In this document: positions 8,388 to 18,282 of the stretch, in pieces
How positions within the stretch are numbered: position 1 is the first letter of the stretch
How the letters are laid out: every line of letters begins with the position of its first letter
Source: an uncultured Actinomycetes bacterium
Lineage (GTDB): Bacteria > Actinomycetota > UBA4738 > HRBIN12
DNA: 64,000 nt
Assembly (NCBI GenBank): GCA_963785835.1
Contig: CAWAWO010000002.1
Location: 140,464-204,463, forward strand
Direction: 5' to 3'
The notes under the pieces: generated by a model
Told to the model about the DNA's origin: nothing
Seen by the model: the letters and a program-made list of their open reading frames with translations, nothing else
The model's database searches: none
Made by a program: the position numbers and the translations under genes

Positions 8388-9986
8388 ATGGGGTTCATCG
8401 AGCTCTCCGACGTGAGCTACGCCCTCCCCGGCGGCTGGACGTTGTTCGAGGGGGTGAGCTTCCGCGTGCCCGCGGGCGATCACGCGGCGCTCGTCGGCGC
8501 CAACGGGATCGGCAAGACGACGCTGCTGCGGCTGATCGTGGGGGAGGAGGCGCCGGTCGCCGGCGCGATCCGCGTCGACGGCCGGGTCGGCCTGATGCGG
8601 CAGTTCCTCGGGTCGGAGGCCCGGCCGACGACCGTGCGCGAGTTCCTGCTCGCCTACGCGCCGCCCGCCGTCGCGGAGGCCGCGGCGCGGCTGGACAAGG
8701 CCGAGCGCTGGATGCGCGACCACCCGGGCGAGGACGCGCAGATGCGGTACGCGGAGGCGCTCGCCCGGTGGGGCGAGGCGGGCGGCTACGAGGCCGAGGT
8801 GCTGTTCGACACGTGCACCAACGCGGCGTTCGGACAGGGCTATCCCGAGTGCGCATCGCGGAAGATCGAGACGCTCTCGGGCGGCGAACGCAAGCGGCTC
8901 GCGATCGAGGTGATCCTTCGGTCGCCGTTCGAGACCGTCCTGCTCGACGAGCCCGACAACGCGCTCGACATCGAGGGCAAGCGGTGGCTCGAGGACTCGA
9001 TCGCCGCGAGCCCGAAGACGATCCTGTTCGTGAGCCACGACCGGACCGTGCTCGAACGCGCGGCCGACCGGATCGTGACGCTCGAGGGACGCGCGGCGTG
9101 GACCCACCACGGACCGTTCTCGACCTACATGGAGGCCCGCGACGCGCGCGTCGAACGCCTCGACGAGGAGCACCGACGGTTCTCGCAGGAGCGAACGCGG
9201 CTCGCCGAGATGGTCAAGGAGATGAAGCGCAAGGCGGCGTACAACGACGGCTGGGCGGCGAAGGCGCGCTCGGCCGAGCACCGGCTGGAGCGGTTCGAGG
9301 AGCGGAACGCGCCGCCCGAGAAGGCCGCGGTGCAGAACGTTCGGATGCGGATCGAGGGCGGCCGGACCGGCAAGGTCGCGCTCCGTCTTCGCCACCTCGC
9401 GATCGCGGACATCGTGCGGCCGTTCGGCGCCGAGATCTGGTTCGGCGAGCGGATCGGCGTGATCGGGCCGAACGGCACCGGCAAGACGCACTTCATGCGC
9501 CTGCTGGCCGGCGAGGACGTCGCGCACGCGGGGGAGTGGAAGCTCGGCGCGCGGGTCGAGCCCGCGCTGTTCGCGCAGCTGCACGAACGCGCCGACGTTT
9601 CCGGGCTCCCGATCCTCGAGGTGCTCCGCAAGCGAGGCATGACGATGACCGAGGCGATGTCGGCGCTCCGCCGGTACGAGATCGACCACGTCGGCCAGAA
9701 CACGTTCGAGATCCTGTCCGGCGGCCAGCAGGCCCGGTTCCAGCTCCTGCTGATGGAGGTCGACTCGCCGACGATGCTGCTGCTCGACGAGCCGACCGAC
9801 AACCTCGACGTCGCCTCGGCCGACGCGCTGCAGGAGGCGGTGAACCGGTACGAGGGCACGGTGATCGCCGTGACGCACGACCGGTGGTTCATGCGGTCGA
9901 TGGACCGGTTCCTGTTCTTCGCCGAGGACGGCTCGGTCCGCGAGCTGCTCGAGGCGCCGTACGAGGACGCCGCCACGGTCGGATGA
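8388..9986 (+). CDS. ABC-F family ATPase (two ABC domains, no TMD)
   Basis: 532 aa with two Walker A motifs (GANGIGKTT, GPNGTGKTH), two signatures (LSGGERKR, LSGGQQAR) and an inter-domain charged linker. Confidence 0.9.
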   Translation: MGFIELSDVSYALPGGWTLFEGVSFRVPAGDHAALVGANGIGKTTLLRLIVGEEAPVAGAIRVDGRVGLMRQFLGSEARPTTVREFLLAYAPPAVAEAAARLDKAERWMRDHPGEDAQMRYAEALARWGEAGGYEAEVLFDTCTNAAFGQGYPECASRKIETLSGGERKRLAIEVILRSPFETVLLDEPDNALDIEGKRWLEDSIAASPKTILFVSHDRTVLERAADRIVTLEGRAAWTHHGPFSTYMEARDARVERLDEEHRRFSQERTRLAEMVKEMKRKAAYNDGWAAKARSAEHRLERFEERNAPPEKAAVQNVRMRIEGGRTGKVALRLRHLAIADIVRPFGAEIWFGERIGVIGPNGTGKTHFMRLLAGEDVAHAGEWKLGARVEPALFAQLHERADVSGLPILEVLRKRGMTMTEAMSALRRYEIDHVGQNTFEILSGGQQARFQLLLMEVDSPTMLLLDEPTDNLDVASADALQEAVNRYEGTVIAVTHDRWFMRSMDRFLFFAEDGSVRELLEAPYEDAATVG

Positions 9987-10159
9987 GGCGCGGTCTCGCG
10001 ATGCTGGTCGCGCTCGGCCTCGGGGTCGCGGCGTGCGGGGGGAACGATCCGAGCCCTCCGCGCTCGACCGCGGCCGAAGAGGCGCCGGCGGCGGCCACGG
10101 GAGGCGTGACGGACGCCGGGCTCGACCGGTGCCACGTCGTCCGAGGCACCTTCGCCTGA
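9983..10159 (+). CDS. lipoprotein signal-peptide fragment, probably the detached 5' end of the downstream transglycosylase gene
   Basis: ATG overlaps the ABC-F stop (ATGA). MRRGLAMLVALGLGVAAC has a lipobox followed by a Pro/Ala/Ser linker. The frame ends at 10159 while the downstream gene frame is open from 10110. Confidence 0.4.
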   Translation: MRRGLAMLVALGLGVAACGGNDPSPPRSTAAEEAPAAATGGVTDAGLDRCHVVRGTFA

Positions 10160-10247
10160 AGCGTCGCCGTCGCCGGAGGTCGTCGCCTCCGCGCTCCCGG
10201 AGCCCGACGCGCGTATCCCTCGCGACGTCGGGGCGCTGGTCGAAGCG

Positions 10248-10961
10248 TTGGAGGCCACGGCGCATGCACGACGGGACGCCGTTCGTGACTGGATCGGTTC
10301 GGGAGCGACCGGCGAGTGGCCGCCTCCCCCTGAGGTCGAGCTCCTGGTCCTGCACGAGCAACGGATCTACCGGGCTCTGGCCGCCGACGACCGGCTCGCG
10401 AGGCGGGTCCTCGAACGCGTCTCGCGCGGCCTCCGGTCGGAAGCCCGCGCGAACATCGGAGCCGGGGCCGTCCTCTACGACCACTTCCAACCGGTCGACG
10501 AGCTGCCCGACTTCCGAACGCGCGCGCCCGAACCGGCGGACCGGCTCTTCCGGTTCTTCCTCGCCGCCGAGGAACGGTTCGGCGTCGCGTGGGAGTACCT
10601 GGCCGCCGTGATGCTGATCGAGACGCGGATGGGGCGGATCGTCTCGAACAGCTCGGCCGGGGCGCAGGGCCCGATGCAGTTCCTGCCCTCGACGTGGGCG
10701 GCCTACGGGCTCGGCGGGGACATCCGGGAGGAGCGCGACGCGGTGATCGGGGCCGCGAACTATCTCGATGCGTCCGGCGCACCCGAGGACTACCGGGAGG
10801 CGCTGTACCACTACAACCCGGTCGACGCGTACGTGAGCGCGGTCACGCGGTACGCGAAGGCGATGCGGCGCGATGCGGAAGCGTTCTACGCGTACTACAA
10901 CTGGCAGGTCTTCGTCCGCACGACGTCCGGCGACGTCCGGTTGACGGGCCCCGGTCTCTAG
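10248..10961 (+). CDS. lytic transglycosylase domain protein (SLT-like)
   Basis: AVMLIETRMGR and AGAQGPMQFLPSTW motifs. The only start in the open frame is TTG at 10248, which leaves the enzyme without an export signal. Confidence 0.75.
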   Translation: MEATAHARRDAVRDWIGSGATGEWPPPPEVELLVLHEQRIYRALAADDRLARRVLERVSRGLRSEARANIGAGAVLYDHFQPVDELPDFRTRAPEPADRLFRFFLAAEERFGVAWEYLAAVMLIETRMGRIVSNSSAGAQGPMQFLPSTWAAYGLGGDIREERDAVIGAANYLDASGAPEDYREALYHYNPVDAYVSAVTRYAKAMRRDAEAFYAYYNWQVFVRTTSGDVRLTGPGL

Positions 10962-11112
10962 GCGCCGTTCCGGCGGCTTCGGCCTCTCGAGGCTTACGCT
11001 CGGGCGATGGAGCTCCGTCGTCCGAGACCCGGTCTGGCGATCGGCGCCTCGATCGTCTCGTTCGTCGGCGTCGCGCTCGTGGCGGCCACGCCCAGGGTCG
11101 CCGTTCTCGCCG

Positions 11113-12516
11113 GTGCTGCCGGCGCCTCCCGGCGGCCCGATCCGAGCGCTGGCGGAGCTCGTGGGGCTCGACGCGCTCCACGGCAGCGCGCTCGCGGCCG
11201 TCGGGGTCGTCGCGGTCGCGTTCGCCGCGGGCGCGTTCGTCCTGGTGCTCCTCGAGTGCTGGCGCGGATCGATCGCGCCGCGAACGGTGATCGGGCTCGC
11301 GATCGCGTACCACGTCGCGTTGCTGTTGCTGCCGCTCCTGTTCTCGCGCGACGTCTACTCGTACGCGTACTACGGCAAGATCGCCGCGACGTATCACGCG
11401 AACCCGTACGTCGCGACCCCGCTCGAGTACCCGCTCGATCCGCTCGCCGCCTTCGTCGGGCCGAAGTGGGTCGACACGCCCGCCGTCTACGGACCGCTCT
11501 GGACGCAGGTGTCGGCGCTCGTGGTTCGGTTCGTGGACTCGGTCGGAGCGCAGGTCGCGGTGTTCCGGGTCGTGGCGATCGCGGCGAGCCTCGGAACGCT
11601 CTTCGTCGTGGCGCGAACGGTGCGCGGCCCAGCGCCCTTCACGAGAGGCCTTCGCGGCGGCGCTCGTCGGGCTGAACCCGGTCGTGCTGTTCCAGAGCGC
11701 GGCGAGCGGCCACAACGACCTCCTCGTCGCGCTGTCGATCGCGTCGGCGATCGCGCTCGTGTTCGCCGGACGCGAGCTGTGGGCGACGATCGCGCTCGCG
11801 CTCGGGGCATTGATCAAGGTGACGGCGGCCGTGCCGCTGCTGCTGTGGTGGATCGCGGTGGCCGCCCGGGCCGAACGCGGACAGCGCGTGCGCTCGCTCG
11901 CCCCGCACGTCGGGTCGGCCGTCGTGCTCGGCCTGCTCGCGGCGCTGCCGTTCCTGAACGCGAGCGATCCCACGCTCGGCGGGCTCGAGCTCGCAGGCCA
12001 CGAAGGTTGGCTCGCGCCTTCGAGGCTGCTCCACCGCGTGTTCGACGCGGTATCGGGCGACACGCTCGGGTTCGTCCCGCGGATCGTGCTCCCGGTCCTG
12101 CTGCTCGGCGCGCTCTTCCTGATCGGCCGGACGCTCGTTCGCCGCGCGCCCGAGATCCGAGCGCCGCTCGTCGGCGCGTCCTGGGGATGGGGGTTGCTCT
12201 GTCTGATGCTGCTCGGTCCGGTCCTGCTGCCCTGGTACGTGACGTGGGCGCTCCCGCTCGCCTGGTTGCTGCCGCGCGTCCCTCGGATCGTGCTGATCGG
12301 TACGGGACTCGCCCTGACCGTGTCCCAGTGGACCTCCGAGCCCGCGCGGTTCGACGCCGCGTACGACGCGAACCTCCTGTTCGGGCACTGGGTGATCACG
12401 CCGGTGGTGATCGCGCTACTCGGCTGGTTGCTCCTCGACCTGTGGCGCCGAACGCGTTCGGGCGCGCCGCTCGAGGACGAACCCAGGCGAGGTACCCGCC
12501 GCCGCCGCCGAGCGCT
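11113..12516 (+). CDS. polytopic GT-C-like membrane glycosyltransferase (DUF2029 / MptB-like); frame-disrupted, 3' end unresolved
   Basis: Frame 1 gives SRDVYSYAYYGKIAATYHANPYV..VYGPLWTQ. After about 11625-11645 the family-like sequence continues in frame 2 (REAFAAALVGLNPVVLFQSAASGHNDLL, many TM helices up to LLGWLLLDLWRR). Frame 2 then stays open to 13825, antisense to the next gene, so the end given is a guess. Confidence 0.5.
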
Positions 12517-14226
12517 AGCACGGCGAACGCCCCCGCGGTCTCGCCGATCGCCACGCCCACCGCATCGAGGCCAACCGCGACCACGATCAGCAGTCCGGCT
12601 CCGACCGCCGGAGCCGCAGCCGCGGCAGAGAGGGCGTCGTCGATCCCGATCCTCGCCCACCCGAACCCGGCGACACCGAGCAGGGCGAAGGGTGAGGACC
12701 GAGCCGAATGCGATCCCTGCCGGCGACGACGGCTCCAATGGGTCGGCTCCGTCGGTATCGACCGCGGCGCGTTGCTCGTCACCGATCTCGACCTCCACGC
12801 CGTTCCCCTCGAGGGAGACATCGAACGGCGAGAGCCGGATCGTGGTGGCGACGCGGCCGGTTCGTCGCTCTGCTTCAGCCAGGTCCGCCACGGTGAGTCG
12901 CTGGAGCGCCAGCCGCTCCTCTCCTGCTCCTGCGAAAGGTGGCACGACGACGACCACGTCGCGGATGCGATCCGGTGGCACGCCAGCGCGGATCAGGTTG
13001 CCGGCGCGCGTGGCCTGGAAGGAGATCGTCGGCAGCGTCTCGTGCACGACGAACGCGAGCGGCACGCCAGGGTCGAGGTCGTTCAGCAGTGCACTCGCCC
13101 GCGACACGGCAGAGAGTTCCTCTACCGAAAGGAACGGCTCCTGGCGGACCCACGCGATCGCCGAGCCCGCGAGCATCGCGATCGTGAGCGCGGCCGTAAC
13201 CACGACCGCAAGCGCTTGGCGATCTCGCAGCCGGTGCCACACGCGGACGATCCCGAGCGCCGCGAGGATCGGGACCGCGAAACCGAACGTCACGAAACGA
13301 TCGGCGGGCAGCCATCCGGTGGCGAGCGCGAGTCCGATCCCGACGAACGTCACGACGAGCCACGACCGGAGGACCCGTCCCGCCGTCCCGTCTGGCGATC
13401 CGAACCCCACGATCGCGAGCGGCACCGAGATCCACTGCACGTACCTGGTCCAGCGGTCGACGAACCGGTCGAAATACGCCGAACGCAGCTCCGAGAGCAG
13501 TCCCGCGCGCCGGAGGAACGCGTCTCTCGACGTGTCGACGTCCAGCGGAGCCGGCCCGATCTGCGCGGCGAGCAGTCCGGCACCGAGCACCACCCCGGCG
13601 CCGACCGTTGCCCCGGCGATCCGGAGCGCCTCGCTTCGGTCGGCGCGCCACGCGACCGCCGCAGACACGAGGAGGATCACGGCGCCGACGAGGAAGAACT
13701 GGGGGTGCGCGAGCCCTCCTCCCGCGAACACGAGCGCAGCGATCACCGCCGATCGGGTCCGGCCTCGGTCCAGAAGCGCGATCGCAGCGACGAAGCTGAC
13801 GGCCATCGCCAGGTTCGCGATGTAGCCCGCCGCCAGATGCACGCCGAACGTCCCCGCCAGCAGTCCGGCCAGCGCCGCGCCGACGCTCCCGGCGCTGCGC
13901 CGCACGAGCGCGAACGCCGCAAGGCCGAGACCCACGCCGAGAGAGACCTCGAGCGCAGCGGTCACCTGCACGACCGAGAGCCCGAACGCGCCCGAGATCA
14001 CGAGCGCGAGCGCGGGGATGCCGGGCCGCGATCCGACCGCGGACAGGCCTTCGAGCCCGGCGAGCCGTGTCCACCACAGGTAGACGGGGGCATCCGGCCC
14101 GAGCGGGAACAGGTCGCCTTCGACGACGAACGGCCACAGGTACCAAAGGAGGAGCACGAGGGTGAGTCCGCCGACCACCGCCGCGTCGTTGCGGGTCGGC
14201 CGCCGGCTCCGGAGCTCTCCCGCCAC
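12396..14226 (-). CDS. large polytopic membrane protein (hypothetical); frame switch near 12685-12705
   Basis: About 500 N-terminal codons of the 10843..14226 ORF form at least 10 hydrophobic helices plus a soluble domain. After AGIAFGSVLT the hydrophobic sequence continues in the 12396..12821 frame (PFALLGVAGFGWARIG..LLIVVAVGL). The remainder of the 1127-aa ORF is Arg/Pro junk. Confidence 0.5.
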
Positions 14227-14251
14227 GGTGTCGCCGGGCGCGCTCGTCGTC

Positions 14252-14851
14252 CTACCCCCGGGCGTTGAAGGAGCCCGTGGCGTCGATCACTTGACCGTCG
14301 TCGCCCTGGAGGTCCGTACAGGAGAACGCGCCGGTGATCTGGTTCGCGTCGGCCACGCCGATCGTGATCGAGCATTCGCCGGCCGAGGACGTGAACGACG
14401 CGATCACGTCGTCGCTCTGCACCGTGATCGAGAGCGAGAGCGTCGGCGAGGTCCGCTGCGAGCCCGTGAAGCTCAGTCCGCCGAGCCCGATCGTGGTGGC
14501 GTCGGTGCCCCCCGCCGTCCACACGAGCGCCATGCCGCCGGGTGGGGGAGCGTAGACGGAGGAGACCAGGTTGTTGATCGCCTTGCTCGCGAGGATGTCG
14601 CCGCTCACGCTGAGCGCGGCCTCCCCGCCGCTCACGTTGCCGCCCGCCTCCCCGGTCGATCCCGTCGGTGGCCCCGGCAGCTCACCGGTCAGGCCGCTCG
14701 GCGCTCCGCCGGTCGCACCCGTCGAGCCGGTCGCTCCCGTCTCGCCGAACGCCGACGACGGCACGACCACCAACGGAGGGTCGTCCTCGCTGCACGCCGA
14801 CAGCATCGCGAGCGGAACGACGATCGCCGTGATCAGCACGGCCTGCTTCAC
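14252..14851 (-). CDS. hypothetical lipoprotein
   Basis: GTG at 14851 behind GGAGGTGAGG gives MKQAVLITAIVVPLAMLSAC (lipobox). A Gly/Thr/Ser-rich linker is followed by a beta-rich domain. It lies 25 nt upstream of the membrane protein gene. Confidence 0.7.
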   Translation of the reverse strand: MKQAVLITAIVVPLAMLSACSEDDPPLVVVPSSAFGETGATGSTGATGGAPSGLTGELPGPPTGSTGEAGGNVSGGEAALSVSGDILASKAINNLVSSVYAPPPGGMALVWTAGGTDATTIGLGGLSFTGSQRTSPTLSLSITVQSDDVIASFTSSAGECSITIGVADANQITGAFSCTDLQGDDGQVIDATGSFNARG

Positions 14852-14922
14852 GTTCCTCACCTCCGGTGGCGCGAACGTATCACGCGCACGTCGCCGGGCT
14901 CGCCGCTGCTAGCATCGCGTCA

Positions 14923-16308
14923 GTGCTCGACCGCGACCTCGCTGCGGACGTCCTGCGAGCCGCCCGCATGCGAGGCGGCGCGTTCGCCGAGTTGTACGTC
15001 GAGGAGCGGGTGGGGCTCTCCGTCCGACTCGACGACGGAACGGTCGAAGAGGTGACGCGGGGGCTCGACCGCGGCGCCGGCGTTCGCGTCGTGCACGGTT
15101 CGTCGTTCGGCTACGCGTACTCGAACCGTCTCGACCGCGACGCCCTGCTCGAGGCTGCTGCCGCGGCTTCGGCGGCCGTCTCGGAGGAGGGGCCCGGCGA
15201 CGTCGTCGACCTCCGAACGCTCGAACCGCCGGTCGTGCACGACTCGATCCGCGACGCGGCCGCCACCTCGGCCGCCGACAAGGTCGCCTGGGTCCGCGAG
15301 GCCGACGAGACCGCGCGGGCCCTCAGCCCCGAGATCCGGCAGGTCACGGCCGTGTACGCCGACTCGGTACAGCGCATCGCGATCGCGACGAGCGACGGAC
15401 GGTGGGTGCAGGAGGAGCGTCCGCGGATCCGCCTCGTCGTGACGGCGGTCGCCGGGCGCGACGGGAACATCCAGACCGGGTTCCACGGACCGGCTGGGCT
15501 CGCCGGAGCCGAGTTCATCGAGGCGAACCCGCCGGCCGCGACCGCCAAGGTCGCCGCTCGTCGCGCCGTGACGATGCTCGACGCGTCGCCGGCCCCGGCG
15601 GGCGAGATGACCGCCGTGCTCGCACCGGGGATGGGCGGCGTGCTGTTCCACGAGGCCGTGGGGCACCCGCTCGAGGCGGACATCGTCGACAAGGAGGCCA
15701 GCGTGTACCGCGGGCGCGTCGGCGAACGGCTCGCCTCCGAGCTCGTGAACGGCGTCGACGACGCCACCGTGCCGAACGCGTGGGGTTCGTTCTCGTTCGA
15801 CGACGAGGGAGCTCCGGCGGAGCGGACGACGCTCTTCGAGGACGGCGTGCTGCGCGGATGGCTGTTCGACCGGATCCGCGCCGAGAAGGAGGGCGTGGCC
15901 TCGAGCGGGAACGGACGGCGGCAGTCGTACGCTCACCCGCCGATCCCGCGGATGTCGAACACCTACATCGCGAACGGCACCTCGACGGCCGAGGAGATCC
16001 TGTCGGGGACCGAGCGCGGCGTCTACGTGACGGCGCTCGCCGGAGGGCAGACCAACCCGGCGACCGGCGACTTCGTGTTCGGATGCTCGGAGGCGTACCT
16101 GATCGAACAAGGTGAGGTACGGACGCCCGTTCGAGGCGCGAACCTCATCGGGCGAGCGATCCCGGTCATGTCGAACGTCGACGCGCTCGCCGACGACTTC
16201 GACATCTGGCCCGGCGTCTGTGGCAAGGACGGACAGGGCGTCCCGGTCGGGAGCGGCTCGCCGACGGTCCGTATCTCGCGCATCACGATCGGGGGCACGG
16301 GTGCCTGA
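14923..16308 (+). CDS. tldD: metalloprotease TldD
   Basis: HEAVGHPLEAD zinc motif, GNGRRQSYAHPPIPRMSNTY and C-terminal ITIGGTG. The start is uncertain (GTG 14923 versus GTG 14866). Confidence 0.88.
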   Translation: MLDRDLAADVLRAARMRGGAFAELYVEERVGLSVRLDDGTVEEVTRGLDRGAGVRVVHGSSFGYAYSNRLDRDALLEAAAAASAAVSEEGPGDVVDLRTLEPPVVHDSIRDAAATSAADKVAWVREADETARALSPEIRQVTAVYADSVQRIAIATSDGRWVQEERPRIRLVVTAVAGRDGNIQTGFHGPAGLAGAEFIEANPPAATAKVAARRAVTMLDASPAPAGEMTAVLAPGMGGVLFHEAVGHPLEADIVDKEASVYRGRVGERLASELVNGVDDATVPNAWGSFSFDDEGAPAERTTLFEDGVLRGWLFDRIRAEKEGVASSGNGRRQSYAHPPIPRMSNTYIANGTSTAEEILSGTERGVYVTALAGGQTNPATGDFVFGCSEAYLIEQGEVRTPVRGANLIGRAIPVMSNVDALADDFDIWPGVCGKDGQGVPVGSGSPTVRISRITIGGTGA

Positions 16309-17635
16309 GCTCCCCGACCTGTGTCGAGCAGCGATCGAAGCCGCGACCGGCGACGAGCAGGTCGAGGCGTTCGCCGAGGAGCGGACCACGACCGAGGTCG
16401 AGGCGCTCCGCGGCGAGGTCGAGGGGCTCACGTTCGCCGAGTCGCGCGGCGTCGGCGTCCGGGTGATCACGCAGGGACGCCTCGGGTTCGCGTACGCGGC
16501 CGATCCGTCGCCGGACGAGGTTCGCGAGACCGTGGCTCGCGCGCGGGAGAACGCCGCGCTCGCGTCGGAGGATCCATTCAACGCGCTGCCGGACGCCCGG
16601 CCGTTCGAGGAGCTCGACGGCTTGTTCTCGGATGCGCTCGCGGCGATGGCGACCGACGAGAAGGTCCCGATCGCGCTCGGGATGGAGCGTCTGGCGACCT
16701 CGACCGACCCGAGGGTGACGAAGACCGAGGCGGTCCGGTACGGCGACATCGTCGGTCGGGTCGCGCTCGCGTCGACGACCGGCGTGGACGCAGAGTTCCG
16801 AGGGACGGGGTGCTGGTGCGCCGTGGTCACGCTCGCCGAGCAGGACGGCGACACGCAGACCGGCTTCTCGTTCCGCGTCGGTCACCGGCTCGAAGAGCTG
16901 GAGCCGGACGGTGTCGCGCTCGAGGCGGTCGAGCGGGCCGCGCGGCTGCTCGGCGCCACGAAGCCCGAGACCGCGAAGGTGCCGGTGGTGCTCGACCCGG
17001 TCGCCGCGTCCGCGTTCCTTGCCGTGCTGTCGGGGGCGCTCTCGGCGGAGGCGGTGCAGAAACAGCGATCGCTGTTCGCCCCGCTCGTGGGGGAGCAGGT
17101 CGCTTCGGACAAGCTCACCCTCGTGGACGACGGGCGGCTCGTGGCTGGTCCGGCGGCGGCGCCGTTCGACGGCGAGGGCGTTCCGACCGGCCGGACGGAG
17201 CTGATCACGGGCGGCGTGCTGAACGGCTTCCTGCACAACACGTACACGGCGCGGCGCGGCGACGTGAGCTCCACCGGCAACGCCACGCGCGGGTACCGTT
17301 CGACGCCCGGCGTCGGGACCACGAATCTGTTCGTGGCAGCTGGAGGCTCGACGTTCGACGACCTGCTCCGGCGCGCCGAAGGCGGCGTCCTGATCCAGGA
17401 CGTTACGGGTGTGCATTCGGGCGCGAACCCGATCAGCGGCGAGTTCTCCGTCGGCGCGACCGGGCTCCGCATCGCGGACGGCGGGCTCGGCGAACCGATA
17501 CGCGAGATGACCGTCGCGAGCACGATCCCGGACATGCTGCGCGGGATCGAGGCGGTCGGCGACACGCTCCGGTGGTTCTCGACGGTCGGGACCCCGCCGA
17601 TCCTCGTCTCGGAGATGACGGTCGGAGGCGTCTAG
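16301..17635 (+). CDS. pmbA: TldD/PmbA family protein (PmbA/TldE)
   Basis: GTG at 16301 overlaps the tldD stop by 8 nt. PmbA-like sequence (GVGVRVITQGRLGFAY, GNATRGYRSTPGVGTTNLF, SGEFSVGATG). Confidence 0.85.
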   Translation: MPELPDLCRAAIEAATGDEQVEAFAEERTTTEVEALRGEVEGLTFAESRGVGVRVITQGRLGFAYAADPSPDEVRETVARARENAALASEDPFNALPDARPFEELDGLFSDALAAMATDEKVPIALGMERLATSTDPRVTKTEAVRYGDIVGRVALASTTGVDAEFRGTGCWCAVVTLAEQDGDTQTGFSFRVGHRLEELEPDGVALEAVERAARLLGATKPETAKVPVVLDPVAASAFLAVLSGALSAEAVQKQRSLFAPLVGEQVASDKLTLVDDGRLVAGPAAAPFDGEGVPTGRTELITGGVLNGFLHNTYTARRGDVSSTGNATRGYRSTPGVGTTNLFVAAGGSTFDDLLRRAEGGVLIQDVTGVHSGANPISGEFSVGATGLRIADGGLGEPIREMTVASTIPDMLRGIEAVGDTLRWFSTVGTPPILVSEMTVGGV

Positions 17636-17645
17636 CTCCGTTCGG

Positions 17646-18248
17646 CTACGCCGGCGGGTGCAGCACCTCGTCGATCACGTACACCGTCGCGTTGTCCGTG
17701 TGGATGTCGCCGCACACGACCGTCGCGCTCCCGTTCACGGTGAACGACTCGCCACTGCCCTCCACCGACAGTGTCGCGCCCTGCAGCGTCTCGTGCTCTC
17801 CAGCCACCTCGTCGGGCGCCAGCTGGCCTTCGACGACGTGGTACGAGAGGAGGTCGGCGAACTCACCCGTCGGGTCGGCCATCATCATCTCCATCCCCTC
17901 GGGGTCCGCTTCGCCGGCAGCCGCGAACGCGTCGTTGGTCGGAGCGAAGACGGTCAGGTCCTCAGCCGAGTTCAGCGTGTCCGTGAGCCCTGCCAGTTCG
18001 AGGTCCTCGGCGAGCGAGGTCAACAGCGGGTTCTCGGCCGCCGCCGTCACCACGGGCTGCGTCATCATGCCCTCGAAGCTGCCCATCCCTTCCCCGGGAA
18101 CGTCCGTGCACGCGGTTCCGAACGGTTCCGCCGCGGCTGCGCCCCCCGTCTCGCCACCGTCGGGCTCGTCGTCGCCGCACGCAGCGGCCACGAGCAGCAG
18201 GGCCAGCAGCGCCGGCGCGAGTGTCCATCCGTTCCATCGAAGCCTCAT
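17646..18248 (-). CDS. fasciclin (FAS1) domain lipoprotein
   Basis: ATG at 18248 behind GGAAGGAGGAG. Signal/lipobox LLLVAAAC. FAS1 motifs TVFAPTNDAF and YHVVEG, ending ATVYVIDEVL. Confidence 0.85.
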   Translation of the reverse strand: MRLRWNGWTLAPALLALLLVAAACGDDEPDGGETGGAAAAEPFGTACTDVPGEGMGSFEGMMTQPVVTAAAENPLLTSLAEDLELAGLTDTLNSAEDLTVFAPTNDAFAAAGEADPEGMEMMMADPTGEFADLLSYHVVEGQLAPDEVAGEHETLQGATLSVEGSGESFTVNGSATVVCGDIHTDNATVYVIDEVLHPPA

Positions 18249-18282
18249 GGGCTCCTCCTTCCGTGCTCCTCGCACCTGCCGT

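Noticed and set aside
10843-12395. C-terminal ~600 codons of the 1127-aa ORF 10843..14226.
   Set aside because: After the membrane domain the translation turns into Arg/Ser/Pro-rich sequence, antisense to the well-supported DUF2029-like gene. It is not part of the protein.
14600-14760. Collagen-like G-x-y run (GATGSTGATGG, GPPTGSTGEAGG) in the lipoprotein.
   Set aside because: Short and irregular. It fits a low-complexity linker after the lipobox rather than a collagen triple-helix domain.
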